64,000 bases of DNA from an uncultured Barnesiella sp. (GCA_944321085.1 CALUJY010000006.1:12103-76102); one strand, 5' to 3'; positions 10,307-20,420 are shown, numbered from the stretch's first letter. Numbers and translations are program-made. Notes: generated from the sequence alone by a model not told the origin.

Positions 10307-10327
10307 GGTGTAAGTTTTAGTTATATG

Positions 10328-10379
10328 CAAAGGTAATATAAATGGATGCAAAACGAAATAAGCGGCAGCCGAATTTCTT
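10328..10379 (-). promoter_or_regulatory. rpiB promoter module: the same 23-mer plus -7 box TACCTTTG
   Basis: Plus-strand CAAAGGTA at 10328-10335, 21 nt from the rpiB ATG (10306). Reverse complement of the 23-mer at 10357-10379. Spacing to the -7 box matches the folB copy within 1 nt. Confidence 0.6.
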
Positions 10380-10510
10380 TGCCCGAAAGCCGGCTTCCGG
10401 CCGTGGGATGCAAATAAATATAGAAAGGTCTGACGGGGACAGGGAAAAAACGAAGTTTCTCGAAATAAAAGTGTAATTTTGCACATTGATAACAAGCACA
10501 ATTCGCACGG

Positions 10511-10996
10511 ATGGAATTACAAGTGATAGACTACATCTTGTTGATATTGATGGTAGTCATGGTAATATGGGGCTTTGTTCGCGGTATCGTGTGCCAGATA
10601 GGCGATTTGGCGGCATTGGTATTGGGATTTGTAGGCGCGCACTTGTGGGGCAGTACGTGTGCTGCGTGGGTGCAATCGCACACGTCGTGGGACGGCATGG
10701 CATGTAGCGTGCTTGCCTATATAGGATTGTTCTTGCTTATCTACCTGACGATACGTATTGTGGCGTCGTTTATCAAATCATTGACCAAGTTGGTACGGCT
10801 GGGATGGATAGATTCTGTGTGTGGTGCATTCTTCGGTGCATTCAAGTTGCTGTTGTTTGCCAGCATGGTTTTCAATGCGCTGTTGTGGGTGGCTCCCCAA
10901 GCGTCGTGGTGGCGCGATGAGTCGCTTGCAACGTCGGTTTCGTACCCCATTTTACGTGAAATGTTTCCATGGCTGCTTCATGTGGTTTGGCAATGA
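10511..10996 (+). CDS. cvpA: CvpA-family membrane protein
   Basis: Four hydrophobic segments. N-terminus IDYILLILMVVMVIWGFVRG is typical of colicin V production protein family. Confidence 0.8.
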   Translation: MELQVIDYILLILMVVMVIWGFVRGIVCQIGDLAALVLGFVGAHLWGSTCAAWVQSHTSWDGMACSVLAYIGLFLLIYLTIRIVASFIKSLTKLVRLGWIDSVCGAFFGAFKLLLFASMVFNALLWVAPQASWWRDESLATSVSYPILREMFPWLLHVVWQ

Positions 10997-11044
10997 CGAA
11001 CTCTTACGGTAATAGGTTGTTTGGAATTTAGAAAGTAAATCGGA

Positions 11045-12532
11045 ATGAAAGAAAATATAGAAGATAAAGTAAATGCGGCTTCCGAGGAGCAGCAACGCGA
11101 TATGCTACTCGACGACGTGACGAGCGGCGACTACAAGTATGGTTTTGTCACCGACATAGAAACCGATGTGATAGAGCGCGGTCTTAACGAAGAGGTGATA
11201 CGTCATATCTCGCAGCGTAAAGGAGAGCCCGATTGGTTGCTCGATTTCAGATTGAAAGCATACGAGTATTGGAAAACGCTCGAAATGCCCGCGTGGGCAC
11301 ATCTGAAAATACCCGCCATAGACTTTCAAGCTATCAGTTATTATGCAGCCCCCAAAACCCGAAAAAATCCTGCCTCCCTCGACGAGGTAGACCCCGAGTT
11401 GTTGAAAACTTTCGATAAATTGGGTATCTCGCTCGAAGAGCAAATGCGTCTGTCGGGGGTTGCCGTAGATGCTGTTATGGACAGCATTTCGGTAAAGACG
11501 ACATTCCGGGAGAAGCTCGCCGAGCTGGGTGTCATATTCTGCTCTATCAGCGAGGCGGTAAAAGATTATCCCGACTTGGTACGCCGTTATTTAGGGTCGG
11601 TCGTGCCATATCGCGACAATTTCTTTGCCGCACTCAATTCGGCGGTATTTAGCGACGGTTCGTTTGTATATATCCCCAAAGGGGTGCGCTGTCCTATGGA
11701 GCTATCTACCTACTTCCGTATCAATGCAGCCAATACGGGACAATTCGAAAGAACATTGATTGTTGCCGACGACGACAGCTACGTAAGCTATTTGGAAGGC
11801 TGTACAGCTCCTATGCGCGACGAGAATCAGTTGCATGCCGCTATTGTAGAGATACGGGTACATGACCGTGCCGAGGTAAAATATTCGACCGTACAAAACT
11901 GGTATCCCGGCGACAAAGAGGGGCGTGGCGGTATATATAATTTCGTGACGAAACGCGGTTTGTGCAAAGGCGACCACTCTAAGCTGTCGTGGACACAGGT
12001 AGAAACCGGTTCGGCCATTACATGGAAATATCCCAGTTGTGTATTGGCGGGAGATAACTCTACGGGCGAATTTTATTCCGTCGCTGTTACGAACAACTTC
12101 CAGCAGGCCGATACAGGGACTAAAATGATACATATAGGCAAAAATACACGCAGCACTATTGTCTCGAAAGGTATCTCGGCGGGCAGCAGTCAAAACAGTT
12201 ACCGCGGGTTGGTAAAGGTTACGCCCTCGGCCGACAATGCCCGCAACTTCACACAATGCGACAGCCTTTTGTTGAGCGACCATTGCGGTGCGCATACCTT
12301 CCCGTATATAGATATAAAGAACGATACGGCGGTAATGGAACATGAGGCAACCACCTCGAAAATCAACGAAGAGCAGATATTCTATTGCAATCAGCGCGGC
12401 ATACCCACCGAAGATGCCGTGGGGCTTATTGTAAACGGGTATGCCAAGGAGGTGATGAATAAATTGCCTATGGAATTTGCAGTAGAGGCGCAGAAATTGT
12501 TGCAAATCACCCTCGAAGGGTCGGTCGGTTAG
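11045..12532 (+). CDS. sufB: Fe-S cluster assembly scaffold SufB
   Basis: 495 aa with clear SufB sequence along the whole length ([42 protein letters not shown]). No sufC/sufD follows. Confidence 0.93.
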   Translation: MKENIEDKVNAASEEQQRDMLLDDVTSGDYKYGFVTDIETDVIERGLNEEVIRHISQRKGEPDWLLDFRLKAYEYWKTLEMPAWAHLKIPAIDFQAISYYAAPKTRKNPASLDEVDPELLKTFDKLGISLEEQMRLSGVAVDAVMDSISVKTTFREKLAELGVIFCSISEAVKDYPDLVRRYLGSVVPYRDNFFAALNSAVFSDGSFVYIPKGVRCPMELSTYFRINAANTGQFERTLIVADDDSYVSYLEGCTAPMRDENQLHAAIVEIRVHDRAEVKYSTVQNWYPGDKEGRGGIYNFVTKRGLCKGDHSKLSWTQVETGSAITWKYPSCVLAGDNSTGEFYSVAVTNNFQQADTGTKMIHIGKNTRSTIVSKGISAGSSQNSYRGLVKVTPSADNARNFTQCDSLLLSDHCGAHTFPYIDIKNDTAVMEHEATTSKINEEQIFYCNQRGIPTEDAVGLIVNGYAKEVMNKLPMEFAVEAQKLLQITLEGSVG

Positions 12533-12588
12533 CCTCTGAATGTTAGGCTCGTCATCCTATCGGAACGGCAGTCGATAATGAAATTTTA

Positions 12589-12623
12589 CCCGGCAGAGAG
12601 TTTATACTTTGCCGGGCTTTTTA
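12589..12623 (+). terminator. Rho-independent terminator after sufB
   Basis: Stem CCCGGCA (12589-12595) pairs with TGCCGGG (12610-12616), followed by CTTTTT. Confidence 0.7.
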
Positions 12624-12812
12624 TTATATGCGATATGCGTAAAAAGCTTGTATATGGAAATGAAGAAGCCTTTTTATGAATGCGTGAAATTAAATAAAAA
12701 GAGGTTTTTTGTTGGAAACTTGATTTTGAATTGATTGAATATGAGAAATAGTATCGGAATTATTGTCTCGGATTTTTGGAATTTGTATATTTGTCTTTGA
12801 AATGTATCTATT

Positions 12813-13295
12813 ATGAAAAACATATATTGTTTACTTTTCTTATTCGCAATTCTATTGATGGGGTGCAGTACCTTAAAGTCTCCGGTAGTTACACGATTTA
12901 ATAATCGGTCAATTAGTGACTATAAATACTTTTATGTAGTGCCGACATCGAGTGTATCGTCCAGCTCGGGAGTGTATATATACAGTACCGGAGAAACTAC
13001 GACCACAACAGTAAACCCGGCAGACGTTATTTCGGGATTCTTTTTTAAGAATGGGTTTATTAGGGTTCATGAGGTCTTGCCTGAAAATGCTTCCAGTACG
13101 ATGATAATATCCTATGGCGAAACTGGTCGTAGAATGTTCGATTTGGCGTATTCTACGGAAGTTACTATTCAAATAACGGATGCTTCGACGCAAACGCTCA
13201 TAGCTGTAACTACTGCGGAAGGGAAAGGTCCGACCGAGGCAGATAATGTCAGAATGGCTATTATAAATGCCTTAACCTCGCTTATAAGCGAGTAA
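12813..13295 (+). CDS. Hypothetical lipoprotein (AT-rich gene)
   Basis: Signal peptide plus lipobox LLMGCS. Ser/Thr-rich linker (SSVSSSSG, TTTTT). No family recognised. Own -7 box TATATTTG at 12786-12793. Visibly more AT-rich than its neighbours. Confidence 0.6.
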   Translation: MKNIYCLLFLFAILLMGCSTLKSPVVTRFNNRSISDYKYFYVVPTSSVSSSSGVYIYSTGETTTTTVNPADVISGFFFKNGFIRVHEVLPENASSTMIISYGETGRRMFDLAYSTEVTIQITDASTQTLIAVTTAEGKGPTEADNVRMAIINALTSLISE

Positions 13296-13354
13296 TTCTC
13301 TATGTATATTGTTGATTATTCAGTGTAAAAGAAAGTGTAGAAATGTATTATAAA

Positions 13355-13396
13355 CACGGTGGCTGCGACAAATATCCTTTTGTCGCAGCTACCGTG
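13355..13396. terminator. Strong hairpin between the convergent lipoprotein gene and panB (putative bidirectional terminator)
   Basis: CACGGTGGCTGCGACA (13355-13370) pairs with TGTCGCAGCTACCGTG (13381-13396). 16-bp stem with one G-T pair. No clean T-tract. Confidence 0.5.
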
Positions 13397-13409
13397 GCAG
13401 TCAATGGTA

Positions 13410-14228
13410 TTAGTATTGTTCTTTTTCGTTGGGGAAATCGCAGCTTTTCACATCGCGGATATAGTTTTGCACGGCCGAGGTGATGATGCTGTGCAGGTCG
13501 GCATATCGGCGCAGGAAGCGGGGCGAGAAGTTTTGGTTGATGCCCAGCATGTCGTGCATGACCAATACCTGTCCGTCAACACCGCCGCCGGCACCTATGC
13601 CTATGATAGGAATGGTGAGCTCTTGTGCTACACGTGTAGCGAGGGCGGCAGGTATTTTTTCTAACACGATGGAGAAACAGCCCAGTCTTTCTAACAAGTG
13701 TGCATCTTCTACGAGTTTTTCGGCCTCGGCCTCCTCTTTGGCGCGTACGGCATAAGTGCCGAATTTGTTTATCGATTGCGGCGTAAGACCCAGGTGTCCC
13801 ATGATAGGAATGCCGGCACAGAGTATGCGTTCTATCGACTCTTGTACCTCGGCGCCGCCTTCGAGTTTTATACAGTCGGCATGTGTCTCTTTCATGACAC
13901 GTATGGCCGATGCGAGAGCCTCTTTCGAGTTGCCTTGATACGTACCGAAGGGCATATCTACTACGACCAATGCGCGTTTTACGGCTCTTACTACCGACTT
14001 GCCGTGGTATATCATTTGGTCGAGGGTCATGGGCAGTGTCGTTACGTTACCGGCCATGACGTTCGAGGCCGAGTCGCCTACGAGTATGACGTCCATCCCT
14101 GCTTCGTCTATGAGTGAAGCCATGGAGTAGTCGTAGGCCGTAAGCATAGATATTTTTTCGCCGCGTTGCTTCATTTCTATTAAGCGGCGTGTGGTTACTT
14201 TTCGGTTGTCTTCTGTGTAAGTTGACAT
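13410..14228 (-). CDS. panB: 3-methyl-2-oxobutanoate hydroxymethyltransferase
   Basis: [13 protein letters not shown]...ILVGDS...[11 protein letters not shown]...IKLEGG, canonical PanB. Confidence 0.93.
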   Translation of the reverse strand: MSTYTEDNRKVTTRRLIEMKQRGEKISMLTAYDYSMASLIDEAGMDVILVGDSASNVMAGNVTTLPMTLDQMIYHGKSVVRAVKRALVVVDMPFGTYQGNSKEALASAIRVMKETHADCIKLEGGAEVQESIERILCAGIPIMGHLGLTPQSINKFGTYAVRAKEEAEAEKLVEDAHLLERLGCFSIVLEKIPAALATRVAQELTIPIIGIGAGGGVDGQVLVMHDMLGINQNFSPRFLRRYADLHSIITSAVQNYIRDVKSCDFPNEKEQY

Positions 14229-14366
14229 GTAGCAATACAGTTTTTTACGAGTGTCTCTCGTTATTTAGTTGTATGTTATCGTAAAAACGGCACAAAGGTA
14301 TAGTATATTTTTCTATTTTGTGCTGTATTGCTATCGAAATAAATTCAGGGTCTATTTTGTCGAGGT

Positions 14367-14407
14367 AAAAATAAAGCCTCCCGGCCGTGAGCCGCGGGAG
14401 GCTTTTT
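14367..14407 (-). terminator. Rho-independent terminator after korB (hairpin is T-flanked on both strands)
   Basis: GCCTCCCG (14376-14383) pairs with CGGGAGGC (14395-14402). On the minus strand it is followed by TTTATTTTT and on the plus strand by TTTTT. Confidence 0.75.
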
Positions 14408-14429
14408 GTTGGGTTTTGCCAATGGCAGT

Positions 14430-15446
14430 TTATTTTACTTCCCACGTATCGCCACTGAGTATGACGTCGCGCAGTGTGGGGTAGTTCTTCTTTTGTCTCA
14501 CCTCTTCTACTTGGCGAGTTACTTCGCCATCGTAAGTGGGCGCTTCTACATTGCGTATCACGCCTATGGCAAGGGGCAGTTCGTGACCGTCCATCATGGC
14601 CAGCATCTGGTGCATCACGAAGTTTTGCGTTGTAGCGTCGTGTACAAGTACATCGTCTATCGTGTAGCCATCTTCGCCTATGGTGATGGCTTTCAGCAAA
14701 TGGCCGTCGAGAACAAGGCCGCGGTTCATCTCTTTACCGAAGAGCATCTTCTCGCCGTGGTGCAGGTGTATGGTGCGCTCGGCGCGTACTTCCTTATCGG
14801 TGATATACGAGTGGATGTTGTTATTGAAGATGACGCAGTTTTGCAGTATTTCTACAACCGATGCACCTTTGTGACGTGCTGCTGCGGCAAGAACCTCAAC
14901 CGAGGTGGCAGTATCGACGTCTAAGGAGCGGGCAAAGAATGTGCCGCGTGCGCCGAATACGAGTTCGGCGGGAATAAACGGGTCTTCTACCGTGCCGTAA
15001 GGTGACGATTTGGTCACTGCGCCGCGGTCGGTCGTGGGTGAGTACTGACCTTTGGTAAGTCCGTATATCTTGTTGTTGAGCAGCAAGATGTTGATGTCTA
15101 TATTACGGCGCACTTCGTGAATGAAGTGGTTGCCGCCAATGGCGAGTCCGTCGCCGTCGCCCGATACCTGCCATACGGCGAGTTCGGGATTGGCAACTTT
15201 TACTCCTGTCGCTATGGCGCCGGCGCGTCCGTGTATGGTATGGAAGCCGTAGGTGCCCATGTAATAGGGCAGGCGCGATGAACAGCCTATACCCGAAATA
15301 ACAGCTGTTTTATAAGGCGGTATGCCTACCTCTGCCATCGCTTTTTGCAGGGCGTTGAGTATGGCATGGTCGCCGCAACCGGGACACCAACGTACATATT
15401 GGTCGCTTTTGTAGTCTTGTGCTGTATATTTTTTGTTCTCTTCCAT
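14430..15446 (-). CDS. korB: 2-oxoacid:ferredoxin oxidoreductase, beta (TPP-binding) subunit
   Basis: WCPGCGDH and SGDGDGLAIGGNHFIH TPP-binding motifs. Lies 4 nt downstream of korA. Confidence 0.9.
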   Translation of the reverse strand: MEENKKYTAQDYKSDQYVRWCPGCGDHAILNALQKAMAEVGIPPYKTAVISGIGCSSRLPYYMGTYGFHTIHGRAGAIATGVKVANPELAVWQVSGDGDGLAIGGNHFIHEVRRNIDINILLLNNKIYGLTKGQYSPTTDRGAVTKSSPYGTVEDPFIPAELVFGARGTFFARSLDVDTATSVEVLAAAARHKGASVVEILQNCVIFNNNIHSYITDKEVRAERTIHLHHGEKMLFGKEMNRGLVLDGHLLKAITIGEDGYTIDDVLVHDATTQNFVMHQMLAMMDGHELPLAIGVIRNVEAPTYDGEVTRQVEEVRQKKNYPTLRDVILSGDTWEVK

Positions 15447-15450
15447 GGCA

Positions 15451-17301
15451 TTATTTCTCTAACAGGTGTGCAAAATGTTCTACTAACTCGCTCGTTGTGA
15501 AAGGTTGTGCCTCAATCTTGTTGTATCGCAGGAAATCGACGCCGTGTATTTTCCCTGAGAGATAGGAAGCAAATTGCCCGTTATTGAGCTCGCATACAAC
15601 GACTTTCTTGTAGCGACGAATGATTTCTTCGGTGTTACGGGGCAGCGGGTTGATGTAGTTGAAGTGTATCATGGCTACCGATTGCCCTGCATTGCACATT
15701 TCGGTTACGGCCGAGTAGATATGTCCGTATGTTCCGCCCCATCCTATGACAAGGAGGTCGGAGTCGGGATTACCCAGCACTTTAAGGTCGGGAATATCGT
15801 TTACGATATAATCTATTTTGGCTTGTCGGGCTGCTACCATGCGGGCGTGGTTTGAGGGCTCGGTCGATATGGCACCTGTCTTGGCATCTTTTTCCAAACC
15901 ACCCAACCGGTGCATGAAGCCTTCGGTTCCGGGAATAGCCCAATGGCGGACGTATGTTTCGGGGTCGCGCAGATAGGGGCGCCATCCGTTGTCTGCCATT
16001 TCGGGTTTTACGTAGTTGGGTCGTATCTCGGGGTATTCATCGGCCTCGGGAATACGCCATGCCGTAGAACCGTTGGCGATAAAACCATCGGTAAGCAATA
16101 TGACGGGAGTCATGTGTTCGAGGGCTATTTTTGCGGCGTTGAAAGCCATATCGAAGCAGTTGGCGGGCGTCGAGGCTGCGACAACTACGATGGGGCTTTC
16201 GCCGTTACGACCGTAGAGGGCTTGCAGAAGGTCGGTTTGTTCGGTTTTTGTAGGCAAACCGGTCGATGGTCCGCCACGTTGTACGTCGATGACTACCAGC
16301 GGGAGTTCTGCCATGACGGCAAGACCCAAAGCCTCGCTCTTCAAGGCAAGACCCGGGCCCGAAGTAGAGGTGGCTGCAAGGTTTCCGGCAAAGGCAGCGC
16401 CTATGGCCGAGCAGGCACCGGCTATCTCGTCTTCCATTTGGCAGGCTTTTACGCCTACGTCTTTGCGTTTGGCCAGTTCGTGCAGTATGTCGGTAGCGGG
16501 CGTGATGGGATAGCTGCCTAAGTAAAGCGGAAGTTTGGCTTTTTCGGCGGCGGCTATCAGTCCCCATGCAGTGGCAGTATTGCCGTTTACGTCGGTATAA
16601 GTACCTTTCTTGACCGAGGCACTCTCTATGCGGTAGGTCGATACCGATGCGTGTATGTTGTGTCCGTAGTTATAACCGTCGTTGAGAACTTTGATGTTTG
16701 CCTCGGCCACGGTGGGTTTCTTGGCAAACTTGTGGCTCAGCATCAAGCCGGCTTGCGATACTGGGCGGTCGAAGAGCCAGCATACGAGTCCCAAGGCGAA
16801 AATGTTCTTGCAACGTACAATGCTTTTCAGGTCGAGCCCCGAGTCGGCCAATGCCTCTTTGGTATGGGTTGTGATGGCTACTGTCATTACTTGCGACGGG
16901 TCGATACCCAATTCTGTTATTGCATCGTTGGTGTTGTAAAGCGCTTTTTTGAGGTCGCTCTCTTTGAATGAATCGGTGTCAATGATGACGACGCCACCTT
17001 TTTTCAGAAATTTGATGTTGGTTTTCAATGCGGCGGGATTCATGGCTACCAGAACGTCGGCTTTGTCGCCCGGCGTATAGACACCTTTGCCTATGTGTAC
17101 TTGAAAACCCGAAACTCCGCTCAATGTTCCTTGTGGCGCACGTATTTCTGCCGGATAATCGGGGAACGTCGAGATTTCATTGCCTATGGCTGCCGAAATG
17201 GACGAGAAAATGTTTCCTGCCAGTTGCATGCCATCACCCGAATCTCCCGAGAAGCGGACAACTACTTTGTCCAACACTTTCACCTTTGTGGATTCTGTCA
17301 T
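15451..17301 (-). CDS. korA: 2-oxoacid:ferredoxin oxidoreductase, alpha subunit
   Basis: 616 aa fused gamma/alpha-type subunit (GDSGDGMQLAG..., YPITPATDILHELA, GGPSTGLPTKTEQ). Confidence 0.9.
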   Translation of the reverse strand: MTESTKVKVLDKVVVRFSGDSGDGMQLAGNIFSSISAAIGNEISTFPDYPAEIRAPQGTLSGVSGFQVHIGKGVYTPGDKADVLVAMNPAALKTNIKFLKKGGVVIIDTDSFKESDLKKALYNTNDAITELGIDPSQVMTVAITTHTKEALADSGLDLKSIVRCKNIFALGLVCWLFDRPVSQAGLMLSHKFAKKPTVAEANIKVLNDGYNYGHNIHASVSTYRIESASVKKGTYTDVNGNTATAWGLIAAAEKAKLPLYLGSYPITPATDILHELAKRKDVGVKACQMEDEIAGACSAIGAAFAGNLAATSTSGPGLALKSEALGLAVMAELPLVVIDVQRGGPSTGLPTKTEQTDLLQALYGRNGESPIVVVAASTPANCFDMAFNAAKIALEHMTPVILLTDGFIANGSTAWRIPEADEYPEIRPNYVKPEMADNGWRPYLRDPETYVRHWAIPGTEGFMHRLGGLEKDAKTGAISTEPSNHARMVAARQAKIDYIVNDIPDLKVLGNPDSDLLVIGWGGTYGHIYSAVTEMCNAGQSVAMIHFNYINPLPRNTEEIIRRYKKVVVCELNNGQFASYLSGKIHGVDFLRYNKIEAQPFTTSELVEHFAHLLEK

Positions 17302-17340
17302 TTCTTTGTTATTAGTTGGTAAAAGATTAGGTTAACTTGT

Positions 17341-17378
17341 CCGTTGGCAAGTTGCCCAACGGCTTCGCGGCAAAGATA
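17341..17378 (-). promoter_or_regulatory. korAB -7 box (TATCTTTG) and 5'-UTR hairpin
   Basis: Plus-strand CAAAGATA at 17371-17378. Hairpin CCGTTGG (17341-17347) pairs with CCAACGG (17356-17362), between the promoter and the ATG at 17301. Confidence 0.45.
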
Positions 17379-17603
17379 GGCAAATAAGGCATGTAAACAA
17401 TCGAAAAGCCGAAATATTTTTTGCGGTAGTTGTTTTTCCTTTCTTGCTTTGCCGCTTGTGTAAAATGCTTACTTTTGCAAGGCTTATCTCCCTTGTCGGA
17501 GGCGGCGGTTTTCATGTCGCCAATCATGTTATGCCGGTAGTTCGGTATTTTTCTGCCTGATATGCCAGTAGTCTTGTCGGGCAAGGGTGGGTAAGTTTTA
17601 GGT

Positions 17604-18344
17604 ATGACTGTTTCTGAAAAGTATATCGATGAGGAATTCGGGGCTTGCAATATTGTGAAAGATGCGCGAGCCCGACGTATTCGTATTAGGGCTGTCGATG
17701 GCAGCTTGCGTATTACTATACCGCGTTTTGCCCGTATTCCGAAAGCTGTCATAAAAAGTTTTCTCGACGAAAATCGTCCTCTCTTGCGGCGCATGTTGCA
17801 AGAGTCGTGCAACAAAGCCTCGAAGCGAGCTTTCTGTGATGGTAAGGTTATCGCTTTTTACGATGGGTCTATACGTTTTGCCGCCTCGGATACAGTCGGT
17901 GCAGGACGTGTGAGAATTGCCGATTGCGGTAATGGTGAATATCGGCTCGAATATCATTGCGGCGATGTTATAGAGGCGCCGGCATTTGCACGGGCGATTT
18001 CCAAATTTATTCTTCGTTTTGCCGTTTCGCGGGCACGAGAAGTTTTGCCCCGTCTTGTCGCTGAGGTGAGTGCCGAGGTGGGCGCGCATCCGACAGCGGT
18101 ACAGATTGGACGGGGGCATTCTATATTGGGGCACTGTTCGCGTAAAGGGGTGGTTACGCTCTCGGCCTATGTCATGTTTTTACCCTCGCATCTGCGTCGT
18201 TACATCGTATGCCATGAGTTGGCGCATCTTTCGCACTTCGACCATAGTCCGGCATTTCACCGTTTATGCGATACCTATTGTGGCGGTCGCGAGAAAGAGT
18301 GGCGTTCCGAGCTGCGGAGAGTAGAATTTCCGATATGTGTATAA
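17604..18344 (+). CDS. YgjP/DUF45-like zinc metallopeptidase
   Basis: C-terminal HELAHLSHFDHSPAF (HExxH motif) in the DUF45/SprT-like arrangement. Confidence 0.7.
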   Translation: MTVSEKYIDEEFGACNIVKDARARRIRIRAVDGSLRITIPRFARIPKAVIKSFLDENRPLLRRMLQESCNKASKRAFCDGKVIAFYDGSIRFAASDTVGAGRVRIADCGNGEYRLEYHCGDVIEAPAFARAISKFILRFAVSRAREVLPRLVAEVSAEVGAHPTAVQIGRGHSILGHCSRKGVVTLSAYVMFLPSHLRRYIVCHELAHLSHFDHSPAFHRLCDTYCGGREKEWRSELRRVEFPICV

Positions 18345-18463
18345 TAGTTGTTTTGTCATAAAAAAACGTAATATAGCGTATGTGCGAATGGCTATATATT
18401 GAATTTTAGCTCATCCATTTGCATAACCTATAATAAAGTATTATCTTTGCGGCAACCGTAGAG

Positions 18464-18495
18464 GAGGGGGCAATAGTGTCCCCTCGTTTTTTTCT
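18464..18495 (+). promoter_or_regulatory. Terminator-like leader hairpin upstream of rimP-nusA-infB (candidate attenuator)
   Basis: GAGGGG (18464-18469) pairs with CCCCTC (18480-18485), followed by GTTTTTTTCT. It lies between the TATCTTTG -7 box (18442-18449) and the rimP ATG (18509). Confidence 0.5.
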
Positions 18496-18508
18496 CGGGA
18501 CTGAAAGC

Positions 18509-18976
18509 ATGATTGATAAACAAACCATCTATCCAATCGTCGAGCAAGGGCTGCAAGATAGCGATTGTTTCCTTGTCGATATAAATGTCGCTCCGGGTAA
18601 CGTCATCTCGGTAGAGATAGACAATAACACAGGTGTCGATATAGAGCGTTGCGAAAAGTTGCATCGTTTCATAGAGGCACATCTCGACCGTGATGTAGAA
18701 GATTATGAGCTCGAAGTAGGTTCGGCCGGCATTACCTCGCCCTTCAAGGTAGTAGCCCAGTATCGCAAAAATGTAGGTAACGAGGTAGAGACTCTTACCA
18801 CCGACGGACGCAAATTTACCGGGGTGCTCGACCGATGCGACGACACAGGTTTTGTTTTATCGGTTACCCAAAAAGTGAAACCCGAGGGTGCGAAACGTAA
18901 GATAGAGGTTACCGAAGAGGTGCCCCTCAGATATGATGAAGTAAAATACACAAAATATCTAATCAGATTTAAGTAG
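18509..18976 (+). CDS. rimP: Ribosome maturation factor RimP
   Basis: The track ORF starts at a GTG inside the leader hairpin, so I trimmed to ATG 18509 (MIDKQTIYPIVEQGL). RimP-like sequence with conserved position before nusA. Confidence 0.85.
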   Translation: MIDKQTIYPIVEQGLQDSDCFLVDINVAPGNVISVEIDNNTGVDIERCEKLHRFIEAHLDRDVEDYELEVGSAGITSPFKVVAQYRKNVGNEVETLTTDGRKFTGVLDRCDDTGFVLSVTQKVKPEGAKRKIEVTEEVPLRYDEVKYTKYLIRFK

Positions 18977-18980
18977 AAGT

Positions 18981-20420
18981 ATGGCAAAAAAAGCAGAAAC
19001 CATCAGTATGGTAGATACCTTTTCAGAATTCAAAGAGCTGAAAAATATCGAGGTTACTACCATGATTAGCGTTTTGGAAGAGTCGTTCCGCAATGTCCTT
19101 GCCAAGATGTTCGGTACTGACGAGAATTTCGACGTTATTGTCAATCCCGCCAAAGGCGACTTTGAAATATGGCGCAACCGTACCATTGTCGAAGACGATA
19201 ATGTGACCAACCCCAATATGCAAATTGCGCTCTCGGAAGCCAAAAAAATCGACCCCGATTTCGAGGTCGGCGAAGAGGTGACCGATGAGGTGATTTTTGC
19301 CGATTTCGGCAGACGCGCCATCCTGAATCTGCGCCAAACATTGGCTTCCAAAATCTTGGATTTGCAGAAAGATGCCATATACAATAAATATAAAGACCGC
19401 ATCGGTGAGTTGGTAAGCGCCGAGGTATATCAGATTTGGAAAAAAGAGATGCTCCTCGTCGATGACGAAAACAACGAGCTCATACTCCCCAAAGAGGAGC
19501 AGATACCCTCCGATTTCTATCGCAAAGGCGAGACTGTAAGAGCCGTGGTACTCGACGTAGAGAATAAAAACAATAACCCCAAGATTATCGTTTCGCGGGT
19601 ATCGAACGAGTTCCTTCGTCGTCTTTTCGAGCTTGAAGTGCCCGAAATTCACGACGGACTTATTCTCATCAGAGCTATTGCCCGTATCCCCGGCGAGCGT
19701 GCCAAGATTGCCGTAGAGTCGTACGACGACCGTATCGACCCGGTGGGAGCCTGCGTTGGTGTGAAAGGTTCTCGCATACACGGTATCGTTCGTGAGTTGC
19801 GCAACGAGAATATCGATGTCATCAACTATACTTCAAATCCTACGCTCTTCATCCAACGAGCTCTGAGTCCCGCCAAGATAGCATCTATCGAGGTCGACGA
19901 AGAAAACAAGAAAGCCTCGGTATATTTGAGCGACTCGAAAGAGGTGTCGCTTGCCATAGGTAAGGGCGGCTTGAATATCCGTCTTGCCATGAAGCTCACC
20001 GGTTACGAGATAGAAGTATGTCGTCTCAAACAAGAGGGTGAGGAGCAGATTGGCATTACGCTCGATAAATACGATGGGGAGATAGATGCTGCTGCCATCA
20101 ATGCTTTTATGGCGGCAGGTTACACTACCGACCAAAGCGTACGCCGCACATCGGTAGACGAGCTTGTCGAGAAAACAGGCCTTCCGCGCGATACCGTCGT
20201 GCAAGTACAGGCGTTCCTCAATGCCGAAGAAGACGTATTCCTCGATGAGTTTGCAAACGAAATAGACCAATGGGTCATCGATTCGCTCAAAAAGATGGGG
20301 TGCAATACCGCAAAGCAGGTGCTTGCACACTCTCGCGAAGAGCTTATCGACAAAGCAGACTTGGAAGAGAGCACGGTAGACGATGTTCTTGCCATTCTCA
20401 AAGCCGAGTTTGAAGACTGA
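18981..20420 (+). CDS. nusA: Transcription termination/antitermination factor NusA
   Basis: S1 and KH regions (GERAKIAV...DPVGACVGVKGSRIHGIVRELRNENIDVI) plus an acidic C-terminal helix-hairpin-helix-like extension. Confidence 0.93.
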   Translation: MAKKAETISMVDTFSEFKELKNIEVTTMISVLEESFRNVLAKMFGTDENFDVIVNPAKGDFEIWRNRTIVEDDNVTNPNMQIALSEAKKIDPDFEVGEEVTDEVIFADFGRRAILNLRQTLASKILDLQKDAIYNKYKDRIGELVSAEVYQIWKKEMLLVDDENNELILPKEEQIPSDFYRKGETVRAVVLDVENKNNNPKIIVSRVSNEFLRRLFELEVPEIHDGLILIRAIARIPGERAKIAVESYDDRIDPVGACVGVKGSRIHGIVRELRNENIDVINYTSNPTLFIQRALSPAKIASIEVDEENKKASVYLSDSKEVSLAIGKGGLNIRLAMKLTGYEIEVCRLKQEGEEQIGITLDKYDGEIDAAAINAFMAAGYTTDQSVRRTSVDELVEKTGLPRDTVVQVQAFLNAEEDVFLDEFANEIDQWVIDSLKKMGCNTAKQVLAHSREELIDKADLEESTVDDVLAILKAEFED

